Assembly (NCBI GenBank): GCA_051294375.1
Contig: CM119266.1
Coordinates: 18,346,087-18,410,086 of the forward strand
Length of the DNA stretch: 64,000 nucleotides
Origin: Paraspadella gotoi
Lineage: Eukaryota; Animalia; Chaetognatha
Direction: 5' to 3'
A program made the translations under genes and the position numbers. This document shows, one piece after another, positions 43,335 through 57,226 of the stretch (position 1 is its first letter; each line of letters starts with the position of its first letter). The notes under the pieces were generated by a model that was not told the origin of the DNA, made no database searches, and saw only the letters and a program-made list of their open reading frames with translations.

Positions 43335-45817
43335 TCATTTACTCTTCATTATCTTCGCCTTTTTATTTCCTCCTCCTTCGTCGGTTTTATTTTTCCTCTT
43401 TCTCTTCTTCTTTCCTCCCTTCTCCTCCTCCTCCCCTTCCTCCTTCCTCACGAATGTCCTCTCTTTGTCAATAGGATCGATGATCGTTCCCATCTTCGTC
43501 GTCACTGCAGGAGTGATCATCTTCTGATAAGCGGCTTCGGCGTTCCACGTCCGCCCGACCGGAGCGCGGATGCTCTTTTCGAATTCCTCCACCGAGGCGA
43601 ACTCTCTCGTCGGGAAATCCGAAACCCTGTGAGCGGCCATCTTGGCTTCGGCGGCGGCGACCACGGCTTCGTTGACGATGACCCGCGGCAGACGCGCGTC
43701 CCGGCGACGACGCTGCTGCGCCGGTTTGGTCGTGAAACGGCGCCGTCGTTTTGAAGAGACTCCGGAGAGTTTTCCGCCGAGCCAGTCGCCCCAGCCGGGC
43801 AGCGCAGAGCAGGCGGCTTTGGGCGTCTCCTCCGCGACGACGGAGTTTTTGAGGGAAGCGAATTCAGCGACGACGTCGTCGTCGGCGAAAGCCTCTTCGA
43901 TCGTGAGGCGGCGATCGTCGTCGTCGTCGTCGTCGTCTTCGATCGAGGCGAGAGTCGGAAGCTGAGAGGAGGCGACGATGGGCGTGGCATCTAATCCGCC
44001 TAGGATTAAATCGGGATTCACTTGAAGATTATTCCCAGAATTTTTGACGTCCGCGACATTTTGGTGGGAAACTTTGGTCTTTTTGGCGATGGATTCCTCT
44101 ACCATTGCTTCGCCCTTTTCGAGGAGGAAGTCCTCGTCGTCGTCTTCAATCTCGGGAAGATGGTCGTCGTCGTTTTTCACGTCGTCGTCGTCGTCGTCAT
44201 CGCTGGCGATTTCGTTTCGAATTTCCTTCAGAACGGGATACATCATCTCGACACTGTCTTCTTCCGATTTTTCATTGGCGACGCGAGATTTCGCCGCCAA
44301 CCAGGGATTGTCGCTTTGACTATCGTCTTCCGGAGTCTTAGCCCCGGCATCTGTTTTTGTCGTCGTCGTCTCCTCCTCCTCTTCCTCATCGTCATCGATT
44401 TGTCGCTTCTGCGTCAGCTCCCGATTTTTTTCCAAAGCTTCGTTCAGTGCCGTTCGAGCCTCCGCGTCTTTTTTTCCAAGCTTCATCATGCTTTTCACCT
44501 GAAGAGTAACAAACATTTCAAATTATGTCATGCAACGCTAGGCTCCCTAGTTATCACCCTAATCTCCTTCCTCTGTTAAAAAAAAGCCTAACTTACCCAT
44601 TTGCTATTATTTTTGTGCCTCTGATTCATCCTCTCCTCAACTCTCTTCCTCTCCACTCTCTCCAACATCTCCTTAAACTTTTCCGGATGCGACTTCTCCA
44701 ATTCCGCGTAGACTTTCGCGTTCTCCGCTTCCTTCTCTTTTCTCGTTCGTCGATGATATCGCTTCGACTTGATCTTCCCCTGTCGCCGCGCGCGGGTCTG
44801 CGCAAAGGACTGCAACGACCGCGTCTTCTGCAGCTCGGCCCGCTTCCGTTTCGCCTCCTCCAGGTCCATAGCTTTGAGGGCGCGTTCCTCGCGGACGGTG
44901 AGCACACGATCGTGGCCCAAGACGCTCTCGCTGCCTTGGAGTAATTTCGCAACCTCGAGCTCGAGGGGAGTGCGGGGTTTGAACCTGGAAATAAGAATCA
45001 CAGTTCTCTGAAATCCGTCCAGCCATTCTAAAAACTATCCATTTATTTAAGAAATAAGCTATCTTGCCCCTGACTTGATAAAGGCTTTGTTTGGTTAAGT
45101 ACTCCAGCCCTCTTAAAATATAATAACATGGCCTGCCATGTAAGACTAACAGTATAGTTTATTCACTGCCCTTTAAATTAGATGAATCCGCTCAAACAAA
45201 AGTATCCTCCAACTGATGGACCCAACGCCCCCAGTATCTCACCTCTTGACCAACTCCTGCGTGGAGGCGACGTTAAAAGAAGGCTGCGTCAGCGGCAAAG
45301 AGATAGTCTCCGCTTCTCGATTCTTTTTCACGATTCCCTTCCATTTCTTGGCTTCTTCAACCGCGACATCGTAACCGATTTTCCGTAAGAGTTTCGTCTC
45401 TCTGTGTTTCTCCAACGGAGCGCGCGTCGGTGCCCGCGCTTTCAAATTCCTCGTCTCTTTGTGAATGGCAACGCCCTTCTTTTTCTTCTTAGTCGGTCCT
45501 CCTTCCTTATCTCCATCCTCTTCCCCTTCCTCTTTCTTCTCTCCGACGAGAGGACGAGAGAGGTCGCGGATGTCGACCTTGGCCTTGACGGCATTTCCGG
45601 CTTTGAAGGCGAACTCTGAGACTTTGCCGACGAATTCGGTTCGCTGTTCCGCGTTGGGACGTCGTTTGTCGCCGCCAGAAGATTTGAGGAGGGACTGGGC
45701 GAGACGAGAGTGTTGAGCTTTGGTGCCGACGGAAGACTCGTCGTCGTCGGGAGAAGTCGAGGCCTCGAATCGTCGAGTCAATAATAGAACGGGATTGTCG
45801 GCGACGGCAGCCGCCAT
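43335..45817 (-). CDS. UTP14: U3 snoRNA-associated protein 14
   Basis: 3 exons (~45817-45243, 44984-44597, 44498-43335): KWKGIVKKNREAE..LPL; FKPRTPLELEV; KIKSKRYHR; RVEERMNQRHKNNSKW; LPGWGDW; PVGRTWN; P.VTTKMGTIIDPI. Confidence 0.95.
45033..45115 (-). mobile_element. LINE-like 3' tail family C, diverged
   Basis: TATCCATT..AAGCTATCTTGCCCCTGACTT..GGCTTTG. Confidence 0.55.
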
Positions 45818-46134
45818 TGTGAATAAGTTTAAAGATTGTGCAGAGCAATAACTAAAATAGAATAAATAAAATCAAACCACGAAGACAGTAAGTTTGAGAG
45901 TACAGACGGATTTTTATATCCGAGAACTGGGATTGTCATTTAGCCACAAGAATGGCCAATCAAAATGGCCCCGAGATGGAAAGAGTCGAGTAAAAACTGG
46001 TCGATAATGGACGGAGCCAAAAGTAAAATTCACCAAACAAAATGGTGGTTTCATAAAGACAAAATTAAGGCGATCTATTCAAAAAACCGAGTTTTCAAAA
46101 CAACGACCAAAACAAAACCAAAAAAATATTTTCT

Positions 46135-49100
46135 TTACGCCGATATTCTGGAAATGGACGCGGTCGTCTCGCATTCGCCCGTCCTCTTCACCAATGGCAA
46201 ATACCACTCCCCTGCCATCCCCGCCGTCTCCCTCGCCTCCGCGTTGAAGGGCGGCTTTAGGTATCCCTTAAAGTAGTCGCGCACCATCTGATGAAAAGTT
46301 TCGATGGGCGGAAGAGGCGGATCGAACTGGCGACAGGCGAAGGTGAACCACTTGAGACCCGCCTCCACGTGGGTGATCTCGTCGCGGAAGATCACATCGA
46401 GGGTGGAGGCTGAGGTGGTGTCGCCCTGGAATTGGAAGAAGGCGTTGGAAGTGGTACATAAGAGGTTAATAATAAGATTAATTATAAGATACTTTTACTA
46501 TAGTACTTATAAGATATGTTTATATTGCTTATTGTTAACAAAACATCATAGAATACACGGATTTTAAATTGGAGTGAAATGAAAAGTTGTTATACCTCTT
46601 AACTGACAGAATGTGATTCATATTTGTTCATTTCATTAGTTAAAAAAATTCCCTGACGTTTATGTGCTTATATTGATAATAATGGGGCGCTTGCTTTTTT
46701 ACGACATTTCTCCCCTCCTATTTGATAGTTCTATTTTAAGCTTATTGCGAAAATAATCGAATGTTTTAAATTTTTATTTTCTATAAGTTTTAACTAAAAA
46801 AAAACTATGAAATGAAAATGGCAATCATTGTGGTTGCGAAAAAGCTTTTGTCATTCTGCTTTCTCAGGCATATACTCCAATGTCTATATCGGTAAGATGA
46901 TTTTTTAACATATCATTTTTTTTATTAAAGGAAAAAGTCTAAACTACTACAATATGTAAATGAGATTGAAGAACTCAATCTCATTTGAAATGAACCACAA
47001 ATTATTCTGCTACAGTTACAGACAACAAATTCAATTAACATGAAAAAACAGGAAGGTCCTTTTTGAAATAAGACCATGCCATTGATGAGCAGATAACTAA
47101 GAAAGTAAGCAAGCTGGACTACTGAGAGTTGAAAAATAAAAAAAACGTCAGCGATTGTTCTACCAGAGTAAAAAATCTGAATTATTTATCCACAGTATTT
47201 TTTCTTTTCATTTCACTCCTATTTGAAATCCGTGTAAATTCCAAGAAAAAAGAATTGAAATTCTATATTCGTCTTTATCGCAACAAAAACCATGTTAGAC
47301 TGAGTAGTAAAAAAAATTTAAAGGATTGGGGCTACAACAAACAACAACAACCACAAACAACCAAAACCAATATCCAAAATGAAATTAGACACATTTAGAT
47401 TCAATACTGCAATATGCAAATGAGATTGAATCAATCAATCTCATTTAAGATCATATTAAATAATCATCTCTTACAGCAACTCTTGATTTCTTGAGCGAGA
47501 GACAGAAAACCCTGCTCATCAAACTCACCTGAGCCTCGAACCTCCTTCTCATTTGAGGATGGACGTCCAAACCCCTCGCCTCGTGCACCATGTGGACAAT
47601 GGCGAGACGAGCGAGAAAGGAATCGCTCGTCTCTCTCGCAGATTGCCAGAGGGCGTCGTGGACGGGTAGGGCGCCGAAGTGGCTGCCCAGTTGGTGGAGT
47701 CGGTCGTCGAGGAGGGCGAAGTGGGTCGCCTCCTCGACGGCCACTTGGATGAAGTCGGTGAAGAAGGAGTTGGGGAGAGAAGGGAGGGTGGTGGTGGAGA
47801 AGGTGGAGAATCTGGTGGGGAATAGGAACATATTGATGGGGGATGGAGGCAAAAGGAAATCAATTGAAGCGACCCTAGTCACAAAGAATTAAGGTCGTTT
47901 TTGTGACTATAATATTTTAAAGAAAGCGTTTACTTTACAATACAATAACTTATATCAACCAAATATCAATAAACAGAAACGAGTATCGGAATACTTGAGG
48001 TGGAGGTAGTATATTAACAGCGACGCTGACGACTACAACATCGACATCAACTTAATGATTATAACTGATGACTACTATGTATTTCTTGATGTGATAGCTG
48101 TCATACATAAAAGTTTACGAATAGTGAAGCTGAATGACCCTTCCTCTTAAGCTTTTATTAACAGACATGTAGTAACTCAGCAAATTAAAATATTCAACTA
48201 TGGCAACAGCCGGGTTGCCTGTGATGCCCATTGGGATGGGGCATCTCACTTTTGGCTTTGGGGGCTTCTGACCCTCAGTGACGCCTCCTGTCACTGGCGC
48301 GGTTGCCCTAGGACAGTCTCGCTTTGCCAACACAGGGAAGTCGTTAGGACTGGATGGAACAACGCATGGGATGGTGTGTTCCCCCTCTGAGCCAATGGGA
48401 TGATGAATGTTGTTACGGTCACGTTCATGGCTTCTCTCTTTCAGGATCGTGAGGTGGTGTGAATATACCGACACACAACCCTATTTCAACTTACCTCGCG
48501 ATGATATCCCATGACAAATCGATAGCCCACTGCTCTATGTTGCATAGCGAATGCAGCAGCGCGATCCGGCTCCGTAGCGTTCCTCCCTTTCCTCTCTTAA
48601 TTTTCTCCGGTCGGACCGAGTTTAGATTCGCCGGACGACGAGGCGTCTCCGGCGGCGCAACGATCTCTTGGTCCGAACAGCGCAACGTCACGGCGCCCTC
48701 GCGCCACATACGCGCCACGAGGTGGGTCAGTCGCGCTTTCTCGTGAGGATCGGGAGTTTCGAGAATCATCACCGCCCATCGTTCGAGGGAGAAGCTCGAT
48801 TCTAAGGCCGAGGCATCGGTTGAAACGTCAGTAGACAAGTCGGCCACGACGGGTGGAGAGTCGATCTTGGATTCCTTCGCCCCAAAATCTTCGTCCCCCT
48901 TCATTCTCAGGACCATCGATCGCGCCTTCGACTTTGCGTCGTCAGGCGTCACTTTCGGTCGCCCGTCGGGAAAAGGAGAGAGGGAGAGAAGTTCGGGCGA
49001 ATTCACGAAAACTTTTCCATCGACGACTTTGACTTGGAAAACTTTTTGGGAAAGGCCAATCGAGTTCAATCCTGGGGGAAGGGGGTGTTACATTTCGTTA

Positions 49101-49592
49101 CTAAATGAATGGAAGAATGAAAGAATGATCGAAAAAATAGACTAATCGAAGAATACATGAATAGAATAAATAAATGAATGGAATAATAAAAAGAACAAAA
49201 GAAATGAATACTAAATGAAAGAATGAACAAAAGGAAAGAACAACAGAACAAATGTAGACATAATTTTTTTCCCACATCTCCATTTCCTCACCCGTCTCGA
49301 CGTCGAACTCGAATCGATGCCAGGGACAAACGAGGACCCACTTATCTCCCGCGTCCTCCAAGTCTCCTTCCTCCAATGGCCCGCCCTCGTGAGAGCAGAC
49401 GGCCTCCATCGCATAAAAGGCGTCGCGCGTTTTGACGTAGACAAGGACGAGATCCTCTCCGTCCTCGGCGTAAAGTTTGCGACATTTGCTGCGGCGGAGA
49501 TCGGCGGCGACGCCCACCAGTTGCCACGAGGCATCGTCGACGATTTCCTTAAGCGCCGCCACGAGTTCGCGGGGAAACTCTGACACGTTCAT
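46135..49592 (-). CDS. Rieske [2Fe-2S] ferredoxin domain fused to DUF455 ferritin-like domain
   Basis: Exons 49592-49292 (CSHEGGPL..CPWH), 49071-48495 (LLHSLCNIEQWAIDLSWDIIAR), 47811-47529 (EEATHF..HEARGLD), 46425-46135 (DEITHV..LKPPFN..AR); all junctions in phase. Confidence 0.9.
48199..48475 (-). mobile_element. Solo LTR of the TRIM family at 59304-60048
   Basis: High similarity to both LTRs; TGT..ATA termini on - strand; 4-bp TSD CAAC at 48195-48198 and 48476-48479. Confidence 0.9.
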
Positions 49593-49883
49593 CGAGTCGA
49601 GAAAGATAATGTCACTTCATGTCGGATCATTTGAGAAAAAATTGTTTAATATTCTCTTTCAGAAAAATATGCAAAATAAATTCCTGTGTATATAAAAAAT
49701 TTAAAGGCTTATCAAAAAAGATCACACTTTAAAAAATTTATTTTGAAGCACGTCGGAGAGGATAAATTGGCCATGTAATAATAAAATCACATTTAACAGT
49801 CATGGATAAAATGATTGCATATTATTTTTTTCTGCGTGGATGTGGGACATTTCAATCAAGTTTTACTATTCTCCATTTCCCTG

Positions 49884-52800
49884 TCACTCGGCGGCGATGC
49901 TACGGAAACGAGGATCCTCTAAATCGCCGCCGCCATTGACGACGACGTTGGCTTGAAAATCCGCGACGAGGCTTCGGTTTCCGTTGACTTCGTCGTCGTC
50001 CTCGTTGCGGAGAAATCCGCGAGACGATGTCGCCGACGTCATGAGGACGTCGTCCGGTGACGCCGGCGTGGCGAGGTCCGGCAAAAAGGCGCCGTTGTGA
50101 CGAAAGGTTTGAGGTTCGAGACTCGGGACGTCCGGCGTCTCGCTTCTCGATCGCGTCGTCGAGACGGACGAGGTTTTACGTGACACGTGAGACTCGGAGG
50201 GAGGAGACAGGCCCCCTTTGACGAAGACTGGCGTGGACACGCCTACTTTGGCGAGAACAGGGATGGAATCGTCGATGGCGACGAGCGACGCCTCGCGGGC
50301 GGAAAGGATCGTCTGTCCGGCCGAGCGGACGTCGCCGGCACCGGCGGCGTTAATAATACTCGTCGTGTGGATTTTCAACGCCGTCAAAAAGGGTTTGTAT
50401 CCGGGCGATTGATCTTCCGCCCACCGGTTGAGTCTGTCAAGTCCGGCTCGCAGCCTCTCCACGCCATCTGACCCCAACTCCTCCATCCTGGACGCGTTGA
50501 CGATGCGGATGACGGAGAATCCGTCGTGGAGCAAGACGGCGATGAGGACGCACCAGCTGAGGCAGCCAGCTTCCAGGAAAATCTGGTAGAGGTAGCGGAG
50601 TTCTAGCTCCGACTCGGGAGAGCCTTTCATCGCTAGTTCTTGCGAGAGTTGGTAGAGTTCGGACGCCTGTAGCATCGAGAGTGTGTTGTCGAATGCGACG
50701 CCGCCACCAGCGCCGTCCTCCGTCACCAGTGACGAGGATTCCTCGGAGAAGTCGTTCGAAGTGACGACAGTGTGGGCGCTGGCCTCGCGGGGAAGTTGAG
50801 GGCGAAGGAAAGCTTCCATCGTGTGAGACCCGAACTGATCTGGAGCGTGTAGCGGAGGCGGGAGCACAAAGGGCGGGAGAGAAGGGGAGCGGAGCGTCAG
50901 AGTAGACGGCGGCATGGGAGGGGGTAAAATGGACTTCTCCGCCTCGGTAGAAAGACTCGAGTTGGGGGAGCGTTTGGAGGATTGTGAATGAGCGAGCAGC
51001 ACTTTGTTCATCGCCGTCAAGGACGCCTGCGTGGAGACGATCGTCGACTGTGGCCGCGCGGCGTTGGACTGCCTCGTCGCCATCGTCGCCTGATTGACGA
51101 AGTTTGGCTCCGAATTACTTTGCGGAAACGAGGCCGAAGTTTTCTTCAAAATTCCTATGAAGGCCGAATGGGAATAATTGGGCAGAGGCCAATCGAAGTC
51201 TTTGTGCAATCTCAAGAGGGCGTCGACGAAGTCATTGATCGGCGCCGCCGTTGTCCGCGTCCGCTTCAGCCAACTCAGCAGCTGGAAATCGTCGGGGTTC
51301 ACGTGAGCGGAAAAAAAACCCAAATCCTTGAGGCGATATTCACTCAGCAAAGTCTTTGCGTGTGAAGTCAAAATGTTTTCCACGAATTTGTGAGGGTTTA
51401 ATTCGGTGTCGATGGTGAGAGAAGCAGGTCGACTTCGAGGCCTACCGAGTTTATTGACTTCCGGCAACGAAGGGCGAGACTGAACGCCGGAACCCGAGGT
51501 GGCGCAACCCGCGGCGTCGGTGGAAAGGCAAGGCACCGCAGAGGAAAAGTCAAGGCTGCTCGTTCGCCGGTCGAAAACGGCCGTCGGACCCGTTTGGGGC
51601 GGAGAGGGCGAGCGAGCGTGGGAGAAGCAGTGGGCAACGGTCGGAGCGAGAGGAAATCCGCCAGAAATGACGGAGACAGAGTCAGTCGGAGACCAAGGAC
51701 TCTTACCCGACGGAGACGACTCTTCCAAGTCAGACGGATCGATCGATTTAAGGAATCTCACAAGATCGTTGGCCAAATCCCATCGCTTTAACTCAAGGAC
51801 ACTGGTCAACAACCTCGTGGCGAATTCATAGCTGTGACTCGGCTTCTCCAGGTTCTGCAGGACGAGGAGATAAGCGGCCGCCGTCTCGGGATCTTTCTTA
51901 GCGAGGCATTCGTCGAAGAGGAGACTGGGGTTACCAACGGCGGCGAAGAGATGAGGCCAAAGAGTCATTTCCGTCTTCCTCGCGCAATGGGCGATCGTGT
52001 GGAGATATTCCTTGAATTCCCTGACGAAGGAGAGAACCTTTGGCAAGAGGGCGTCAGGCAGAGGCTCCGAAGACGTCCCCTCCTCCTCCAACACCTCATG
52101 GAGCAAAAGTTCCAAAACGTGGGAAAAATAAGGCAGCTTTTGAATCGGACGCACGATCCGCAGGCCGACGCGGCCGAGATTCTGCCGCAGCAGATGAAGA
52201 ATGATCTTTGGAAGGAAGAGTTGAGTTCTTCGCTCGATCGACCAAAGCGTCGATCGAGAGAGAGAGAGTGAGACGGAGTGAGAGACGCAGCCGACGAGAA
52301 GTCCTTCTTCGTAGAGAATCGCTAAAGGATAAACTTGAGTTGGAATCGTCAACATGATTCGTTTGGAGACGAACGAATCTTCGGCGTCGACGCCAGAGAC
52401 GCTTGGACGAGACGGATTCAGCGGCAACCAGAGTTTTACGCCCACGTGACCGCAGCCCAACCAGAGGGACTCCAGCAGGTGCATCCGTCGACTGGAGCAT
52501 TTCAAACGCTCCCCTACTTTAGGGATCCAGACATTTTCCACACAGGAAGCGAGAATCACCGGGGCCATGAAAGAAAAGACGGCATCGGATCGCGAAGAGT
52601 TTTCGCCCTGAAACAAAAGCAGCTTCCCGCTGACGTTGAGCAACAGGCTTTGAGTAAAGCTCAGCAGCGCCGCGTCAAGCTGCGGAGGTGCGTTTTGCGG
52701 CGGTGCGCTTGTCGCCGGCTCCTCAATCCGAAAAGGAGAAAGGTAAGCGCCGACGACGCAGGTCGGGTGAGGAACGTAGTTCTCCACCGAAACGTCGCCC

Positions 52801-55038
52801 AATTTGGAGAGAAGAACCGATTGTTCGTCCGGAGGGAGAGACGGATCCGCGACGTGAAACGCGTAGATGAGGACGCGAAAGTCGAGGCCGAAGAGGAGGA
52901 GGATACCAGAGGAGGAGGAGGCGACGTGATTGATGTTTAAGACGGGCGTGTCGAGACGATGGATGGAGGCGAGAGAGTTGTCGAGATTAGCGCCGCGAGG
53001 GTAGAATCGCATTTCGTCCACGTTCTCCACGATGTTGTAAACTGCGGCGCAAAGAAAATCCCGCCACCAAAAGAGACCACCGGAGACGGCCATATCGCGC
53101 TCTTGAGCCTCGTTTCCGAAGAGTTTCCAACGGCGGGTGACCGTGGAATAGTGAGCGAGGCCGTATTGGCCCGCGACTGCCAAGAGGGAACCGGTATCGT
53201 CTACGGCCGCGTGCCTTGGAGGCCAATTGGCGACCAGATAGACGTGAGGCAAAGGCACCGTCAGCCATTGGTTATTCGACAAGAGGCGCTGATTGAAATT
53301 CTCGCGATCAAAGGCTTTGCTGGGCGTGGAGCGACGATGTTTACGATCGGCTGATCGAAGCCAGGTCCCTTCGCCCTCCTTCAAATTACGCGTGAGAAAA
53401 TCGCTCGAGTTGAGGAAAAGTTTTTCTCCGCTGAGAAGAAAAAGATGACGTCGCTGTTGAGCGAGACTCGCGTCTGATGTCAAGGCGGATTTCGCCATAG
53501 ACACCACGAAGAGCTGCTGGTCGTGGTCGTCGCCTAAATGGTTGGCGTGGCCCTCTACTATAGGATGAGCGTGGCCTTTATCCTCGTCGGCGACGATCCA
53601 AAGTTCAAACCCCTCAAGACTCCATTCTATCGACTTCACTTTCCCAACGAACTCGTTCCCTTTGAGTGGATCCTCCGCGCGCTCGTCCGAGGACGAATAG
53701 ACGAGTCCACCAAAGGCGCTCCAGAGAGTGAAGCGCCCTCCTGCCCTCGCCACGGCTAAACACGATCCGTCGGGCGTCCAGCGCATCGTCGTCGTCTTCG
53801 TCGCGACGGCGTCGTCGTCCGAACGGAATTTGTCTTCGAGATAGGCGTGGTTAAGCTTTAAGCAGCCCGTAGAGTCCTCGATGACGAAGGCCTTGGCGTC
53901 GCCGTTGCGACATCCAACGACCAAAAGGCGATGTTGGTGATTGACGGCAACGCAGACGCCGTCGACTACTTCCGGAATCCAGACGCAAAAGACGTCGTCG
54001 TCGAGACGAGCGTTCGGCGTTCGCATGAGCGCGGCGTGACCGGAGGCCAGAACGAGCGCCACGCCTCCCATAAGCGGACAGAGCGACATCTCTTTAATGT
54101 GATCGGCGCCAGAAATGACGTTGACTTCGAGACCAGAGGCGAAGGAGTGGCGGCGTTGGTGGACGTGGTGATGGTGGATGGAGGAGCTAAAGGTGACATT
54201 GCGAAGGTCAACGACGGAAAGAAGTTGCGCCGTCCAGTCGAAGCTACGAATTCGGCCGTCGCTCGTCGCCAGGTAAATGTCCTCTCTGGAAACGAAATTA
54301 ACATAACATAACATAACATAACATAACATTAACTTAACATAATTAAGTTCAACAATCCAGATAACAGAGCCTTTTTATTATTCAAATGGTTTTTAAAATT
54401 GTTTAACAATTACGTACTATGTACTTAAAATTAAGAATTCATTCGTAGTAAAAATCTGCGATTATTAAATTAAATGATAATAAAAACAAACCGTCCACGA
54501 ATCATTTAACGAACCTCATAGTGACTAGACTCGTAACTTCTCCCCCCTCCTCAGCGACTGTCTCCTTCGCCGCCTCATCCAAGCAAAGACTCGGAATCTC
54601 GTCGTCGACGAGCAACTCTGCCGATTCTCTCCGCAGCCCCGGTTTCTTGCTGTCTGTCTGCACGGCGAGCCGCTTCGGCAGCCCACCGCTGCGCTGTCGC
54701 TCTGTCTCGCATCGATAGACGATCAAGAGTCCTCCGGACGTAGCGACCACGAATCTCGTTGAGTCCGGCTTCCAATCGCCGAGCGGAAGGTGACGCCCTT
54801 CCGACTTCAGCGCCGCGAGACTCCGGCGTCGACTGACGATGAGGACACGGGGGCGCGACTTCCAGACGGCGACGGCGGCGGCGGATACGACGAGGAAGAG
54901 CGACTTGGCCGCGTTGGCGACGAGGAATTCCGGGCGGAGGGCGTCGCGGGTTCGAGGCGCGGCGGAGGCGACGTCATCGTTGTCCTCCGGAGATGAAAGC
55001 TGACGAAGGCGGCACGGGGACCCCACCGGGGTGTACAT
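49884..55038 (-). CDS. RIC1: Guanine nucleotide exchange factor subunit RIC1 (Rab6 GEF)
   Basis: Exons 55038-54515 (MYTPVGSP..WKPDS) and 54285-49884: WTPDG, RRWKLFGNEAQE, FVSKRIML, LPYFSHVLELLLHEVLEEE, CARKTE..W..LFAAVGNP..LF. Confidence 0.96.
54300..54328. repeat. (AACAT)n microsatellite near RIC1 acceptor
   Basis: About 6 tandem units. Confidence 0.9.
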
Positions 55039-56049
55039 GGTTGTCCGCGGGGAATTGACGGTGGCCAAACAACAATGGCCTCGTCTGGGTTGCAAGGAAA
55101 GGTCGACGACCGAAGTTCTGTTTATGTCATCGTTCACTTCGATGAAAACGTTTTTCTGAGGCTGAAATCAGAAAAAAACAAATATTCAGCGTCGCGGTCA
55201 GCAGATCCATTGCCATGTCCAAGACAATAGGACAAAAGAGAAACAAATGAGCAGCGAAGAACAATAAAATATTTTTCTCATTGCCGACGCCTCTGATATT
55301 GATAAGTAGGTCATTTCTAATCAGAGGTATCAGACGGACTGTCGACGCGTAAAAAAGTAAATAAAACAAAATAACAAGGTCAGGACACAAGCTGTTGGAG
55401 TATTCAAAGTTACAACATGATGAGAACGCATAGTTTTCATGCAGCTCTCAATCTTTAGGTTTAATATACACTGCGGCGCAAAAAAAAGAAGACACTTGTT
55501 AGCTCTAAATACCCCCACTATTTTTTTTTTAAATTTTGAAAAAATATTTATAAAAAGTATAGCTTTTTTTAAAAAAAATTAATTAGATCAGGCAGTAGAA
55601 TTTTTGGAGGTTAAGTTGATAGTACTTTTTTTTCTGACTGATGATAAAAGATTGTTTTTCTATATAATCTTTTTATTTAATTCAATTTGAATTAAGTCAA
55701 AAATGGTTGATACCTATCCCTACCTATATTCTATTCTGAATTTGTTCAGCCAATTTCATATTATAAACATTTTATAATAAGGAAAAGTTATTGACTAAAA
55801 AAAAAAAATTTGTACCAATCAGTTTTGATGTCCTTTAACTTTCGAACGCTTTGATATTTTTATTGGGACTTTGACCAATTGCTTTCAATAACCTTTATGT
55901 TATTATATTTTAATAAAATAAAACCATTCAATACGGTTTTTTCAATGTGAAAAAGTGTTTTCTTTTTTTTGCGCCGCAGTGTATCATTCATTTTATAAAC
56001 TTCGGGACATTTGATGACATGACATATCAATCGCCTAAAATTCAAATCA

Positions 56050-56675
56050 TTAATATCCATCGTTGTTAAAGGTGATACTGCTGTAGTTGGGATAGGCTTT
56101 CTTCAGCAGCGCCACCGTCTTCGAGTGATCCGCACGCCCGAAACCCATGGAGTGCCTGAAACGAAGTCAAGAGTAAATATCACGCTTTAGCCGAAAAGTT
56201 TCTCAGTATCCACACGAATTCGTCACCGACAAATGAACACCGAGCAGTGAGCCACTGCACTGCTCACTGTGCAATAGCAGAACATCATTCGTCTCTAAAC
56301 TGTAAATGTCTTTTAATAGTATTTTTTCAGTTGAAATACTAAATTCTTATATAATAAATAAGAAGGCCAAACTACTACTCCTCACCCGTAAACCAATATA
56401 GTTTTCCCTGCTACGTCGTGATTTATCCTTCCTCCTCCCTTGCAGACGCAGTCCACCCCCAGCGACGACTCAACGCGACCGCGAAAGTCTTCGTAGACGT
56501 CGGCGTGGTACTCCGCGTCGGCGTTGCCGCGGACGACCAGTTTGGTCGGAGGGTCGCCCGAGTCATCGTTGGCGCAGACGGAAATGAGGACGTACTTAAA
56601 GACGCCTTCTGGGTCAATCTCCACGTCGGGGATGGCCTCGAGACGCTGGGCCGCCGTTGGTGTCGCCGCCGCCAT
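56050..56675 (-). CDS. PHPT1: 14-kDa phosphohistidine phosphatase (Janus/Ocnus family)
   Basis: Exons 56675-56386 and 56155-56050: IPDVEIDPEGVFKYVLI..VRG..AEYHADVY..C.CKGGGRI.H..ILVYG|HSMGFGRADH..YP.Y..NDGY. Confidence 0.95.
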
Positions 56676-57226
56676 CGACAGAGGGTGCTGCTGTTTTTTC
56701 TGTTTTTGTTTATCTTTTTGGGACACCACTCCGAGGTGGGCGTGGCTGAAAGCGAAGCACCTACAGAATAAATCTGGAGATCGAGTGACGAATCTAGTCG
56801 CGACGATCGAAGAGAAAAGAATCATCTTCGAGTATACATTTCGTAGTTGTTGTTTTGATCGTCGTCGTCGGCGTACTTTTTCGAAGTTTCAAAGAATTAA
56901 CGAATTAATCGAGAAACGCAAACGAAAACGTCTTTAGCACGATAACAACAGCGAAAATATGTTAGAACAATATATCCGACGCGTTTAAACCCGTTTAAAC
57001 GCAAAAGCCAAAATAAATTCGAGTTGGCGACAATTTCACGACGAATTTCACAATTTCAGAACTCTCACAACTGCGGCACACTTTGGACGCAATCTCTTTT
57101 TCTCACTTTTTCTACTAGTCCGATTAACGCGACATTTCTTTCTTTTATATCTTTATTTTTTCCTCTTTTCTTTATTACTTCTCCTTTTCCATTCCAAATT
57201 CCAATTGAGAGTTTTTTCTTCACTCA

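Noticed and set aside
50187-54311. Many + strand ORFs of 60-200 aa
   Set aside because: Antisense shadows of the GC-rich RIC1 exon; the same applies to ORFs opposite UTP14, the SDR and NCAPH.
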